NCBI GenBank assembly: GCA_021805245.1
Contig: JAJZFS010000013.1
Span: 1-60,870, forward strand
DNA length: 60,870 nt
Direction: 5' to 3'
From: Pseudomonadota bacterium
Lineage (GTDB): Bacteria; Pseudomonadota; Alphaproteobacteria; Micavibrionales; UBA2020
Positions 10,286 to 19,286 of this stretch are shown one piece after another. Position numbers and translations under genes: made by a program. The notes under the pieces are model-generated. The model ran no database searches and was not told where the DNA came from. It saw only the letters and a list, made by a program, of their open reading frames with translations. Positions within the stretch are counted from its first letter, which is position 1. Each line of letters begins with the position of its first letter.

Positions 10286-10360
10286 GCTGTTGTAGCTCAG
10301 TGGTAGAGCACACCCTTGGTAAGGGTGAGGTCGAGAGTTCAATCCCCTCCAACAGCACCA
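10286..10360 (+). tRNA. tRNA-Thr(GGT)
   Basis: Acceptor stem GCTGTTG/CAACAGC, D-loop AGTGGTA, anticodon arm CACCC-TTGGTAA-GGGTG, TTCAATC T-loop, encoded CCA; TTGACA at 10233. Confidence 0.96.
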
Positions 10361-10525
10361 TTCCCCTATCAATCAGATATATAGAAGATTTATTGCAGGT
10401 TTTGCATTAGGAATTAGGGACTTAAATCCCTGATGAATAATCCTTTCCTATTGAAAATTATGGATATTTTTTAAAAATAACAAGTTGACCAATAGGAAAA
10501 TTGCTGCTCTATTTCTGGAATGTGA

Positions 10526-12214
10526 ATGAAGAAAAAGGAACATGATTTGCCGTCCTTGCCATCGAAGATCGAAAGCATAGCCTCCTCAAGAACTTCCTAT
10601 AATTTTTCCATTTCCAGCGCACTGATCGGCGCGGGGGCTGTCTGCGTCATTATGGCCGTCGCCGGCATGTTCTCCGGCACCGCACCAAAAGTACATCAGG
10701 TTTCTATTCCCCTCACGAAAAGCCAGCCGGTCGGCACGCAGGCGTCCGCGCAAGACCATCCCCATGGCCCCCAGACTACGCAAAACATGAGTCAGATCAC
10801 GCCCGGCGCCGGAGAAGAAGGATTCAGCGCAGCAACGGCGCTGCAAATGATCAACGCCGACACGCCGGAGCCGAAAATACAAATCGCCCCCGCGACGGAG
10901 GACACGATCGCAGCGGCGGCAGCGGCGGGAAAACCGGCGCCGCGCCCGACGCAAGCCGTAGCGCAAACAGGGGCGAAAACCGCGGCACAGCCCGTGGCGC
11001 AAACGGCGGCGGCAACGTCCGCTCCCAAACTGCGACAGGCCAAAGCCGAACAAGCCAAGCCGGCGCCGTCACATCCTGCCATCACATCCCAAAAAACCAT
11101 CCCCCTCGGCAAAGGCGGCACGCTGGCCGGCCTGCTGACCAACAGGGCGGGCGTTCCCCATCATCAGGCCTATCTGGCAGTCGGCGCGCTGACGAAGGTT
11201 TACAATCCGCGCAATCTGCACCCCAAGGACAACATCACCGTTCTGTTCGCGAAAAAAGTGTTTGAAGGCCTGAGGGTGGTCGAACGCGACGGCAGCACGG
11301 TCACAGTCTCACGCGCCAGCGCCGACAGCTTTGGCGCCAGCGTCCTGCGGGTGCAGCTTCATCCCGTCGTGCGCGAATTCAGCGGCACGATCGGTAGCTC
11401 CCTCTACCTCTCGGCGCGCAAGAAAGGCGTTCCCGACCGCGTCATCCTCGGCATGATCAAGCTTTATGCGCAGAACGTCGACTTCAAGCACGGCGTCAAG
11501 CCGACCGACCTCTACAAGATTCTCTACCGCGAATACGTGCGCGACGACGGCACGATCGACAAGGCCAAGGGAACGGACATCGTCTATGCCGATCTGGTGT
11601 TGAGCCATCATAACATGCCGCTCTACCGCTATAAAGATGCGCACGGCGTTGTCGGCTATTACAATGCGCACGGCCACGCGGCGCAAAAGTCCCTCTGGCG
11701 CCGCCCCATCCATGATTCCTGGATCTCCTCGCCCTTCGGCCCGCGGGTTGACCCCCTCACGGGACACAGAGGCTTCCATCCTGGCGTGGACTACGCCGCG
11801 GACAGCGGCACACCCATCATGGCGGCAGGCGACGGCGTGATCACCGAAAGGCACTGGTGGGGCGGTTATGGCCGCTATATCCGCATCCGTCACACGCGCC
11901 GCATCTCCACGGCCTATGGCCACATGTCGCGCTTCAAAAAAGGCCTGCACGTCGGCTCCCGCGTCAAGCAGGGTGAAGTGATCGGCTACGTCGGCATGAC
12001 CGGCCACGCGACAGGCCCTCACCTGCACTTCGAAATTCTCGTCAACGGCCGCCAGCGCAATCCGCTGACGGTGGCCCTGCCGCACTTCGGCAAGAGCCTG
12101 CATGGTCACACGCTGGTCGCCTTTGAGCATCATATCCGTACGGTCACCGATATGTACCGCCTCGCGGAACGCACGAACGGCCCGCTCAGACTGGCCATGA
12201 ACACACTGCACTAA
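10526..12214 (+). CDS. M23-family peptidoglycan DD-endopeptidase (MepM/Csd3-like)
   Basis: N-terminal TM, Ala/Pro linker, HPGVDYAA (HxxxD) and TGPHLHFE (HxH). Confidence 0.92.
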   Translation: MKKKEHDLPSLPSKIESIASSRTSYNFSISSALIGAGAVCVIMAVAGMFSGTAPKVHQVSIPLTKSQPVGTQASAQDHPHGPQTTQNMSQITPGAGEEGFSAATALQMINADTPEPKIQIAPATEDTIAAAAAAGKPAPRPTQAVAQTGAKTAAQPVAQTAAATSAPKLRQAKAEQAKPAPSHPAITSQKTIPLGKGGTLAGLLTNRAGVPHHQAYLAVGALTKVYNPRNLHPKDNITVLFAKKVFEGLRVVERDGSTVTVSRASADSFGASVLRVQLHPVVREFSGTIGSSLYLSARKKGVPDRVILGMIKLYAQNVDFKHGVKPTDLYKILYREYVRDDGTIDKAKGTDIVYADLVLSHHNMPLYRYKDAHGVVGYYNAHGHAAQKSLWRRPIHDSWISSPFGPRVDPLTGHRGFHPGVDYAADSGTPIMAAGDGVITERHWWGGYGRYIRIRHTRRISTAYGHMSRFKKGLHVGSRVKQGEVIGYVGMTGHATGPHLHFEILVNGRQRNPLTVALPHFGKSLHGHTLVAFEHHIRTVTDMYRLAERTNGPLRLAMNTLH

Positions 12215-12224
12215 GCCTTCTTTT

Positions 12225-13091
12225 ATGCCCACTGGTCACATGCACGATCATCCAGGCGGCATCGTGACGCGCTTTGCCCCGTCCCCCACGGGACAACTGC
12301 ATATCGGCCACGCCTATTCCGTACTCTTCGCCTATCGCAAGGCCAAGGAGAACGGCGGACGTTTCATCCTGCGCATTGAGGACATCGACACGGAACGCTG
12401 CCGTCCGGAATATGTGGACGGTATCAAGGAAGATTTGCATTGGCTCGGCCTGACGTGGGAAGAACCGGTGCGCAAACAATCCGAACATATGGCAGGCTAT
12501 GCCGCTGCGCTCGACAAACTGGCGGGCGCAGACCTGCTCTATCCCTGCTTCTGCTCGCGCCGCGACATTCGGGAAGAAATCGCCCGCGCCCCCGCCGCGC
12601 CGCACGGGCCGGAAGGCGCGCTGTATCCCGGCACCTGCCGCAACCTCACCGCAGACGAACGTCAGGATCGCATGGCTAAGGGCGAGCCTTACGCCCTGCG
12701 CCTCGACACGACGGCGGCTTTGGCGCGCCTCGACGCGCCGCTGATCTGGGAGGATCTGGAAAAAGGCAAGCAGGAGGCACATCCGGAAATCCTCGGCGAC
12801 GTCGTTCTGGCGCGCAAGGACACGCCTGCCAGCTATCACCTCTGCGTCACGCTCGACGACCATTTGCAGGGCGTCACGCACGTCACCCGCGGCGAGGATC
12901 TTTTTCACGCCACACATCTCCACCGGCTGCTACAGCACATTCTTGGCCTTAACGTACCCGTCTGGCACCATCACCCGTTGCTGCATGACGAAGAAGGTAA
13001 ACGCTTTGCCAAGCGTAATCAGTCCGTTACGCTTAAAAGTTTACGTGAAATGGGAAGTATGCCGGAGGATATTATCAGGCGCGTCAGTTAG
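12225..13091 (+). CDS. gluQ: Glutamyl-Q tRNA(Asp) synthetase
   Basis: TRFAPSPTGQLHIGH, LRIEDID, YPCFCSR, KRFAKR; lacks anticodon-binding domain (288 aa). Confidence 0.92.
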   Translation: MPTGHMHDHPGGIVTRFAPSPTGQLHIGHAYSVLFAYRKAKENGGRFILRIEDIDTERCRPEYVDGIKEDLHWLGLTWEEPVRKQSEHMAGYAAALDKLAGADLLYPCFCSRRDIREEIARAPAAPHGPEGALYPGTCRNLTADERQDRMAKGEPYALRLDTTAALARLDAPLIWEDLEKGKQEAHPEILGDVVLARKDTPASYHLCVTLDDHLQGVTHVTRGEDLFHATHLHRLLQHILGLNVPVWHHHPLLHDEEGKRFAKRNQSVTLKSLREMGSMPEDIIRRVS

Positions 13092-13834
13092 AATTGCGGC
13101 TTCGGCGGACGGCTGCGCGGCGCATTCGGCTTTTGCTGCGGCAGGGCGGCTTTGAAGTCTTTAAAATCGCGGATGACAATATCTGCGCCCGCTTCCCTGA
13201 AAGACTGCTTCTTCGCTTCCGCCACAACGCCGGTACCGAAACGCGGATCAAGATAGGCGATAACGAAGGCGTGGGCTTTTTTGCCCGCCACGATGCCCGG
13301 CTCCGAATCCTCCACGACGACGGTGTTCGCCGCATCCGAGCCGTTTTCCTCCATGGCGAGAAGATACGACGCGGGGTCGGGCTTCTTTCGGCCCGCGACC
13401 AGATCGGGCCCGTAAACACGTTCGTTGAAATATGCAGAAAGACCAGCCGTTTCAAGGCAGAGCTTCGAGCGCTGCGTGGGGTTGCTCGAGCAAAGGCTGA
13501 TCACATCGCCCGCCTGTTTCAGGTCTTCCAGCGTCTCGGGGACATGGGGATTGACCGGAAGGGTGCTGCCCTTAGACAATTCGCCCTTTCTCTCTTCATG
13601 CAGGCGGCTCAAGGTATCCAGCGTCGCATCGGAAAGCACCACGCCACGGGATTCGGCTATTTCGGTGAATTTTTCGCGGCTCCCCAGCCCCGAAAAATCG
13701 CGAAAGACCTCGTCGGCGGAAATGGCGCAGCCCTGCTCCGTGGCCAGATCGGCCGTGATGCAGGCGACCTCGTACTCCGTATCCAGAAGGGTTCCATCCA
13801 GATCGAAAATGATATGCCGGCTTTGCTGGGTCAT
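13088..13834 (-). CDS. HAD-superfamily phosphatase (subfamily IA) with K/R/P-rich C-terminal tail
   Basis: FDLDGTLLD motif I, KKPDP motif III, VEDS..G motif IV; ends PQQKPNAPRSRPPKPQF. Confidence 0.88.
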   Translation of the reverse strand: MTQQSRHIIFDLDGTLLDTEYEVACITADLATEQGCAISADEVFRDFSGLGSREKFTEIAESRGVVLSDATLDTLSRLHEERKGELSKGSTLPVNPHVPETLEDLKQAGDVISLCSSNPTQRSKLCLETAGLSAYFNERVYGPDLVAGRKKPDPASYLLAMEENGSDAANTVVVEDSEPGIVAGKKAHAFVIAYLDPRFGTGVVAEAKKQSFREAGADIVIRDFKDFKAALPQQKPNAPRSRPPKPQF

Positions 13835-13849
13835 ATTTTAAAACCTTGT

Positions 13850-13878
13850 TTGACATAGGACGGTAATTATTATATTAT
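13850..13878 (+). promoter_or_regulatory. sigma70-like promoter for the GT9 gene in an AT-rich divergent intergenic region
   Basis: TTGACA-N17-TATTAT; a mirror TTGACT lies on the minus strand at 13894-13889. Confidence 0.5.
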
Positions 13879-13911
13879 TATGTTAATAAGTCAAGGAAAA
13901 TTCGGTTATTC

Positions 13912-14895
13912 ATGCAAAATCAATCCGTTATTCTCAACCTCCCAAAGGATTTGGGCGACTGTCTGCTCAGCGTGCCTGCGATCAAGCGCACCTTGGATTA
14001 CTGCGCATCGGAAGGCCTGATACTGCTGGCGACAGGCAGCGCGCGCTCGGCGGAATGGGTGCAGACGCTTGGAGATATAAAGCTCGACGTGCGCGACCCC
14101 AAAGACCTGCCGCAGGATGCGAAAATGCTGATCAACCTCAACCTCTACGATGAAACCATTCACGACAGCTTTCCAGCCGTGCCGTTTTACGCGCCGGAGA
14201 AGGTAAAAGTGTTCGATGAAGATACGCCGCGCTTCGGCGCAGGCGCCGTCATCGGCAAAAAGCACATCTCCCTTCTGCTCGAAGATTGTCTGAAAGACGC
14301 GGGCATCATGAAAAATGCCGAAAAACTGCCCGTACCCGGACTGCCGTCCGCCTTCACGGATCAAAAGTTCGTGCAAGAGACAAAAGAAAAATTCGGCGTC
14401 ACAGGTTCTTACGCCATCCTGATCCCTGTCTGCGCCGCGAACCGTCCGCTGAAACGGTGGCAAAAAGAGAAATTCGCGGACGTGGCGCAGGATTGCCTGC
14501 AGCAGGTCCTCACGCCCGTTTTGATGGGCGGGCCTTCTCAGGACGAGAAAAACCTGTGCGCCGAAATCAACGCGCTATGCGGGAACAAGGCGGTCGACGT
14601 TTGCGGACAGACGCGCCTCGACGAAATCGCCGCGCTCGCCAGAGGCGCGAAATTCACGCTCGGCTGCGATACCGGCCCCAGGCACATTGCCGCACAGGCC
14701 GGCGGACAGGTCTTCGCCTTCTTCGGCTACTACAACGATCCCGCCACATGGCAACTCCTGACGAAAAACAACACGGCCCACATCATCCTCGGTCGCCGCA
14801 TTCAGGAAATCAGCGCGCAAGAGGTTTGGGACACCATCAAACGCTATACATCTTCTCCGCAGCCCGACTCCTCGCCCCGGAAAAAATTCGGATAG
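13912..14895 (+). CDS. Glycosyltransferase family 9 (heptosyltransferase-like) with K/R/P-rich tail
   Basis: LGDCLLSVPAIK, KRWQKEKFA, GQTRLDEIAAL, GCDTGPRHIAA; ends SSPQPDSSPRKKFG. Confidence 0.85.
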   Translation: MQNQSVILNLPKDLGDCLLSVPAIKRTLDYCASEGLILLATGSARSAEWVQTLGDIKLDVRDPKDLPQDAKMLINLNLYDETIHDSFPAVPFYAPEKVKVFDEDTPRFGAGAVIGKKHISLLLEDCLKDAGIMKNAEKLPVPGLPSAFTDQKFVQETKEKFGVTGSYAILIPVCAANRPLKRWQKEKFADVAQDCLQQVLTPVLMGGPSQDEKNLCAEINALCGNKAVDVCGQTRLDEIAALARGAKFTLGCDTGPRHIAAQAGGQVFAFFGYYNDPATWQLLTKNNTAHIILGRRIQEISAQEVWDTIKRYTSSPQPDSSPRKKFG

Positions 14896-15075
14896 TAGCC
14901 TTCATGGTGCGGGCCTAAAGGTTCATAAAACCGGAAATAATTTTCAGAACTATAAAAAATATGTTTCGTCGGCCATTTCATGGGGATGAGTCAATAAACT
15001 GACTCGCTTTTTCAATCATAATCACCTAACGTCCTATAATTATAACATTTAAATGAATCGGGTAGCCGCTTATCC

Positions 15076-15855
15076 ATGGCAGAAGCAAAAGCAGAGCAGG
15101 AACCCTCTATTGAGGAAATCCTTGAATCGATCCGCCAGATCATTTCCGACGATACGGAAGAGGAAGCGAAAGCGGCTGAATCCGAAACCGTGCTGAAGGG
15201 CGATAAAGAAGACAAGGTTCCCGCCTCCGATCTTTCCCTGACGCCGGAGGCGGAAAAACCCGTGCCGCCGTCGAACCTTTCCCTGACGCCGAAAGCGGAA
15301 AAGCCCGTGCCGCCGTCGAACCTCTCCCTGACGCCGAAAGCGGAAAAGCCCGTGCCGCCGTCGAACCTCTCCCTGACGCCGAAAGCGGAAAAGCCCGTAC
15401 CGTCGTCTGATCTCTCGCTGACACCGAAGGCGGAAAAACCCGACGCGAAGAAAGAGCCGCTCTCGCTCACGCCGGACATCGCCGAGCCGGTCAACAGCCG
15501 GAGTTCTCTGGATCTGAGTCAAGCAGCCGACACCTCTATGGACATAGAAATGATGAATATGGATATTGATATGACAGATAGTGAAGTTGAAACGCCCAAA
15601 GAAACCGCAGCAGCCGACGCGCTGATGTCTCCGGAAACGGCAAATGCCGTGACAACCTCCCTCGCAAAACTGCTGACCAGCAATCTCGCCGTTGAGTCCG
15701 ACACGCATAATAGTAAAGTAACGCTTGAAGAAATGGCGCTTATCCTTATGAAGCCGCTTATAAAAGCGTGGCTTGATAAAAATCTTCCTGCTATCATCGA
15801 GAAGGCCGTCACGAAAGAAGTGGAAAAGCTTTCGCGCCGCGCCATGGATCGCTAA
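15076..15855 (+). CDS. popZ: Polar organizing protein PopZ
   Basis: N-terminal EPSIEEILESIRQIISDD; C-terminal TLEEMALILMKPLIKAWLDKNLPAIIEKAVTKEV. Confidence 0.93.
   Translation: MAEAKAEQEPSIEEILESIRQIISDDTEEEAKAAESETVLKGDKEDKVPASDLSLTPEAEKPVPPSNLSLTPKAEKPVPPSNLSLTPKAEKPVPPSNLSLTPKAEKPVPSSDLSLTPKAEKPDAKKEPLSLTPDIAEPVNSRSSLDLSQAADTSMDIEMMNMDIDMTDSEVETPKETAAADALMSPETANAVTTSLAKLLTSNLAVESDTHNSKVTLEEMALILMKPLIKAWLDKNLPAIIEKAVTKEVEKLSRRAMDR
15232..15441 (+). repeat. 45-bp (15-aa) in-frame tandem repeat, ~4.7 copies, in the popZ linker
   Basis: Unit CTyTCCCTGACGCCGAAAGCGGAAAAGCCCGTGCCGCCGTCGAAC = LSLTPKAEKPVPPSN; a further LSLTP at ~15460. Confidence 0.95.
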
Positions 15856-15919
15856 ACTCATATTTACGACTGACGAAAAAATACATCTTGGCTTTTTTAT
15901 CTGACCTAAGGAGTTTCCA

Positions 15920-16561
15920 ATGCTCTACGTCCAGCAGTCTTTAGGCCCCGATGAAGAACTTCTGACCGGCGCAAGATTCCACTGGATGTATACCGTGCGC
16001 GCCGTTTTCTGGATTTTGTTCGGCCTCGCCCTCGGCATTGCCATCGGCTACGGCGGCATCTGGTGGAACGTCTCTTCTGAAATACGCCAGTATTACGGCG
16101 ACAATCTCCCGCCCCAGCTCTACGATCAGGCATGGCATCAGGTCGTCGTCCAGCACGGCGGGTACCTGCATATTCTCTGGACCCTGCCCGTCATCCTGCG
16201 CTTCGGCATTCTCGGGTTCTTCCTGCTCGGCCTGTTCTTCTTCGCGCACCTGATGATCATCAAGGCAACGACCGAAATCGCCGTGACCAGCCAGCGCGTC
16301 GTCTACAAAAAAGGCCTCATCGCCCGCCACGTCGGCGAGTTGGGCATCGACCGTATCGAGGGCGTCTCGGTCAGTCAGGGCGTCTGGGGGCGGCTGTGGG
16401 ATTATGGCACGATTATCATTCGCGGCATGGGTGTCGGCGAAGTGATTTTGCCCGCGCTGATCGAAAATCCCGTCTCGTTCCGCAAGGCCATTCAGGAGGC
16501 CAAGTCCATTATGGACCACGGTAAGGCGCACGACGCTAAACAAAGAAAAGAAGATTTTTAA
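15920..16561 (+). CDS. Membrane protein with bacterial PH domain (bPH_2)
   Basis: YVQQSLGPDE, two TM helices, TEIAVTSQRVVYKKGLIAR..IEGVSVSQGVWGRLWDYGTI. Confidence 0.82.
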   Translation: MLYVQQSLGPDEELLTGARFHWMYTVRAVFWILFGLALGIAIGYGGIWWNVSSEIRQYYGDNLPPQLYDQAWHQVVVQHGGYLHILWTLPVILRFGILGFFLLGLFFFAHLMIIKATTEIAVTSQRVVYKKGLIARHVGELGIDRIEGVSVSQGVWGRLWDYGTIIIRGMGVGEVILPALIENPVSFRKAIQEAKSIMDHGKAHDAKQRKEDF

Positions 16562-16683
16562 TTATACCTGTGATACTATTAAGGCTGAGGGGATGAAGTT
16601 ATTTTTCTCCCCCGAAAAATAACTTTTTTGTTGTCCTAAATTTTTGAGGAATTAAACTCAAATCCATTGGAGTGTATTTTTGC

Positions 16684-17283
16684 ATGGACGATCTTATTCA
16701 AAAGAACAAATTGGCGTCTGAAGTTTACCAATCGGACCGCCGCGGCTTTTTGAAACACGGCCTCGCCTTTTCGGCGGCCTTAGGGTTTTGGATGCCCTCG
16801 CTGGCGGAAGCGCACAGTTTTCGCGGCAATGCGCCCGCCAAGGGCCGCAACCTGCACTTCGTCAATGCCCACACCAGCGAAGTCTTTCAGGGCGAATACT
16901 GGTATGACGGGCGTTACATTCCGTCTGCTTTCAAGGAGATCAAGACCGTTCTGCGCGATTTCCGCACCGATACCACCTACCCGATCGACCCGCGCCTGAT
17001 GGATATTCTTTTCGTCGTGCAGCGCCGCCTCGACAATTTCAGGCCGTTCACTGTTTTCTCCGGATACCGTTCTCCCGCCACCAACGAGATGCTCCGCGAG
17101 AGGTCTCACGGCGTCGCCCGCGGCAGCCTGCACATGCAAGGACAGGCAATCGACCTCAACCTGCCGGGCACGCACCTGCACCACCTCCGGCAAGCGGCGG
17201 TACATCTCAAATCCGGCGGCGTCGGCTACTATCCGCAGAGCGACTTCGTCCATATCGACACGGGCCGGGTCCGTTACTGGTAA
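16684..17283 (+). CDS. YcbK/DUF882 peptidase M15 family, Tat-exported
   Basis: DRRGFLK twin-arginine signal; SGYRSPATN, SLHMQGQAID, GGVGYYP..FVHIDTG. Confidence 0.9.
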   Translation: MDDLIQKNKLASEVYQSDRRGFLKHGLAFSAALGFWMPSLAEAHSFRGNAPAKGRNLHFVNAHTSEVFQGEYWYDGRYIPSAFKEIKTVLRDFRTDTTYPIDPRLMDILFVVQRRLDNFRPFTVFSGYRSPATNEMLRERSHGVARGSLHMQGQAIDLNLPGTHLHHLRQAAVHLKSGGVGYYPQSDFVHIDTGRVRYW

Positions 17284-17804
17284 ACCAGCGCTTTGATCTC
17301 TTGGAGCAGTTTTCCCTTGTCCCAGTCATACGGGCCGTCGAAACGCGCCACGGTATTGCCTTTGCGGTCAAGCAGGAAACTCGTCGGCAGGCCGGCATAG
17401 CGCCAGCGCAGTGGAACCTGGCGGTCCTTGTCCCAATAGAACGCCAGATGGCCGATCTTGTGCGCGCGCAGAAAAGCTATGACGGTTTTTTGAGCGGTCG
17501 TATCGGTGGAAATGGCGACGACGGCAAATTTCTTTTCCGGCATCATCGCCTGCAGCCTGTCGAGCGACGGCAGTTCGGAAACGCAAGGCAGGCACCACGT
17601 CGCCCAGACATTGACCAGAACGACCCTGCCCTTGAAATCGTTCAGGGTCACCTTATGCCCACCTTTGTCGTAAAACGTAATAGCGGGCAGGCGCGGCCGG
17701 TTTTTTGTCTGCAGGAGCCTGACCGTCCCATAAGACGCAAGAATGGCGGCCACAAAGACAAAAAACAAAAAATGACGCTTTACCGGCACGGAAAGGCTCT
17801 CCAA
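17274..17804 (-). CDS. TlpA-family thiol:disulfide oxidoreductase
   Basis: N-terminal TM, VNVWATWCLPC, GLPTSFLLD; start codon uncertain. Confidence 0.9.
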   Translation of the reverse strand: MESLSVPVKRHFLFFVFVAAILASYGTVRLLQTKNRPRLPAITFYDKGGHKVTLNDFKGRVVLVNVWATWCLPCVSELPSLDRLQAMMPEKKFAVVAISTDTTAQKTVIAFLRAHKIGHLAFYWDKDRQVPLRWRYAGLPTSFLLDRKGNTVARFDGPYDWDKGKLLQEIKALVYQ

Positions 17805-17838
17805 AATACATAGTTGCTAGGAGTATAAAGAGGGACTC

Positions 17839-18015
17839 ATGAGATTGACAGACTTAACCTTTTGCCTTGCCCTCGCCGGCGCGGCGGCCGCTCTGGCCGG
17901 CTGCGGCGTCAAGCCTGCCCATCTGAGCCCGCCGAAGGGAGCGGACAAAAACGCCTACCCGCACGTTTATCCCGATCCGGCGACCGACCCGCAACCCGCG
18001 AAACCGCAACAATGA
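17839..18015 (+). CDS. lptM: Small lipoprotein, LptM/YifL-like (58 aa, absent from ORF track)
   Basis: MRLTDLTFCLALAGAAAALAGCGVKPAHLSPP...; LAGC lipobox followed by CGxK; GAGGGA RBS; ATGA overlap with lysA, the usual position for this family. Confidence 0.75.
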   Translation: MRLTDLTFCLALAGAAAALAGCGVKPAHLSPPKGADKNAYPHVYPDPATDPQPAKPQQ

Positions 18016-19286
18016 GCACGATCGCCTATAAAAACGGCGCCCTGCAGATGGAAGACGTGCCGCTCGAGAAAATCGCGCAAAAGCACGGCACGCCGCTCTA
18101 CTGCTATTCCGCCAAACGGCTGACGGACAACTTCCGCGCTTACCAGACGACGCTGAAGGACATTCTGCCCGAAGACAAATTCACCGTCTGCTACGCCTGC
18201 AAGGCCAACAGCAATCAGGCGGTGCTGCACCTGCTCGGCACCCTCGGCGCGGGGGCGGACGTCGTCTCGGGCGGGGAAATGCACCGCGCGCTCAAGGCCG
18301 GCATCCCGCACGGCAAAATCGTCTTTTCCGGCGTCGGCAAAACGGCGGAGGAAGTCGAAACGGCGGTCAAAAACGATATTTTGCAAATCAACGTCGAATC
18401 CGAACCGGAACTGGAACGCATCTCGGCCGTCGCCGCGAAGGCAGGGGCGAAAACCCGCATCGCCTTCCGCGTCAATCCTGACGTCGACGCCAACACCCAC
18501 GAAAAAATCACCACCGGCCGCAGCGAAAACAAGTTCGGCATCGACATCAAATCCGCGCCCGCGCTCTACCGCAAGGCCAAAGGGATGTCCGGCATCGTGC
18601 CCAGCGGCGTCGCCGTCCATATCGGCTCGCAACTGATGAACCTCGCGCCGTTCGCGGAGGCCTTCAAGCGCATCGCCGCGCTCGTCGGAGAATTGCGCGC
18701 GCAGGGCAACGACATCACCACCGTCGACGTCGGCGGCGGGCTCGGCGTGCCGTATCAGGGCGAAACGCCGCCGGACGTCAAAAAATACGTCGCGCTCATC
18801 CGCGACATCATCGCGCCGCTGAATGTGCATGTCATCCTCGAACCCGGCCGCTCGATCGCCGGCGACGCGGGCGTGCTGCTCACCCGCGTGCAGTATCTCA
18901 AGGAGGGCGGAGACAAGCGCTTCCTGATCGTCGACGCGGGCATGAACGATCTGATGCGCCCCGCGCTCTATGACGCTTATCACGCCATCCTGCCCTGCAG
19001 CGCACCCGCGCCGTCCGACGCGACGCAAACCTACGACGTCGTCGGGCCCGTCTGCGAAACAAGCGACACGTTCCGCACAAACATGGAACTGCCGCGCACC
19101 GGCCAGGGCGCGCTGCTCGCCATCATGACCGCGGGGGCCTACGGCGCGTCCATGGCCTCCGCCTATAACACGCGCCCGCTGCCCGCGGAAGTCCTCGTCA
19201 GCGGCGATGCGTTCGACGTCATCCGCCCGCGGCAAATGATAGAGGATATCGTCGCCGCAGACGTTATCCCCGAACGGCCGGTATGA
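18012..19286 (+). CDS. lysA: Diaminopimelate decarboxylase
   Basis: YACKAN (PLP Lys), HIGSQ, DVGGGLG, EPGRSI, GPVCE, GAYG..MASAYN. Confidence 0.96.
   Translation: MSTIAYKNGALQMEDVPLEKIAQKHGTPLYCYSAKRLTDNFRAYQTTLKDILPEDKFTVCYACKANSNQAVLHLLGTLGAGADVVSGGEMHRALKAGIPHGKIVFSGVGKTAEEVETAVKNDILQINVESEPELERISAVAAKAGAKTRIAFRVNPDVDANTHEKITTGRSENKFGIDIKSAPALYRKAKGMSGIVPSGVAVHIGSQLMNLAPFAEAFKRIAALVGELRAQGNDITTVDVGGGLGVPYQGETPPDVKKYVALIRDIIAPLNVHVILEPGRSIAGDAGVLLTRVQYLKEGGDKRFLIVDAGMNDLMRPALYDAYHAILPCSAPAPSDATQTYDVVGPVCETSDTFRTNMELPRTGQGALLAIMTAGAYGASMASAYNTRPLPAEVLVSGDAFDVIRPRQMIEDIVAADVIPERPV

Noticed and set aside
7805..10360. Possible tRNA-anchored genomic island
   Set aside because: No integrase and no duplicated tRNA 3' end found; the accessory genes lie on the 5' side of the tRNA
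15232..15441. Regular repeat that could be mistaken for a CRISPR array
   Set aside because: Contiguous in-frame units with no unique spacers, inside popZ, and no cas genes
17862..18011. N-terminal extension of lysA in the ORF track (similar extensions on gdhB, ntrC, ntrY, aroC, nrdR, cpdR)
   Set aside because: Overlaps upstream genes; downstream ATGs with RBS or stop-start coupling fit better
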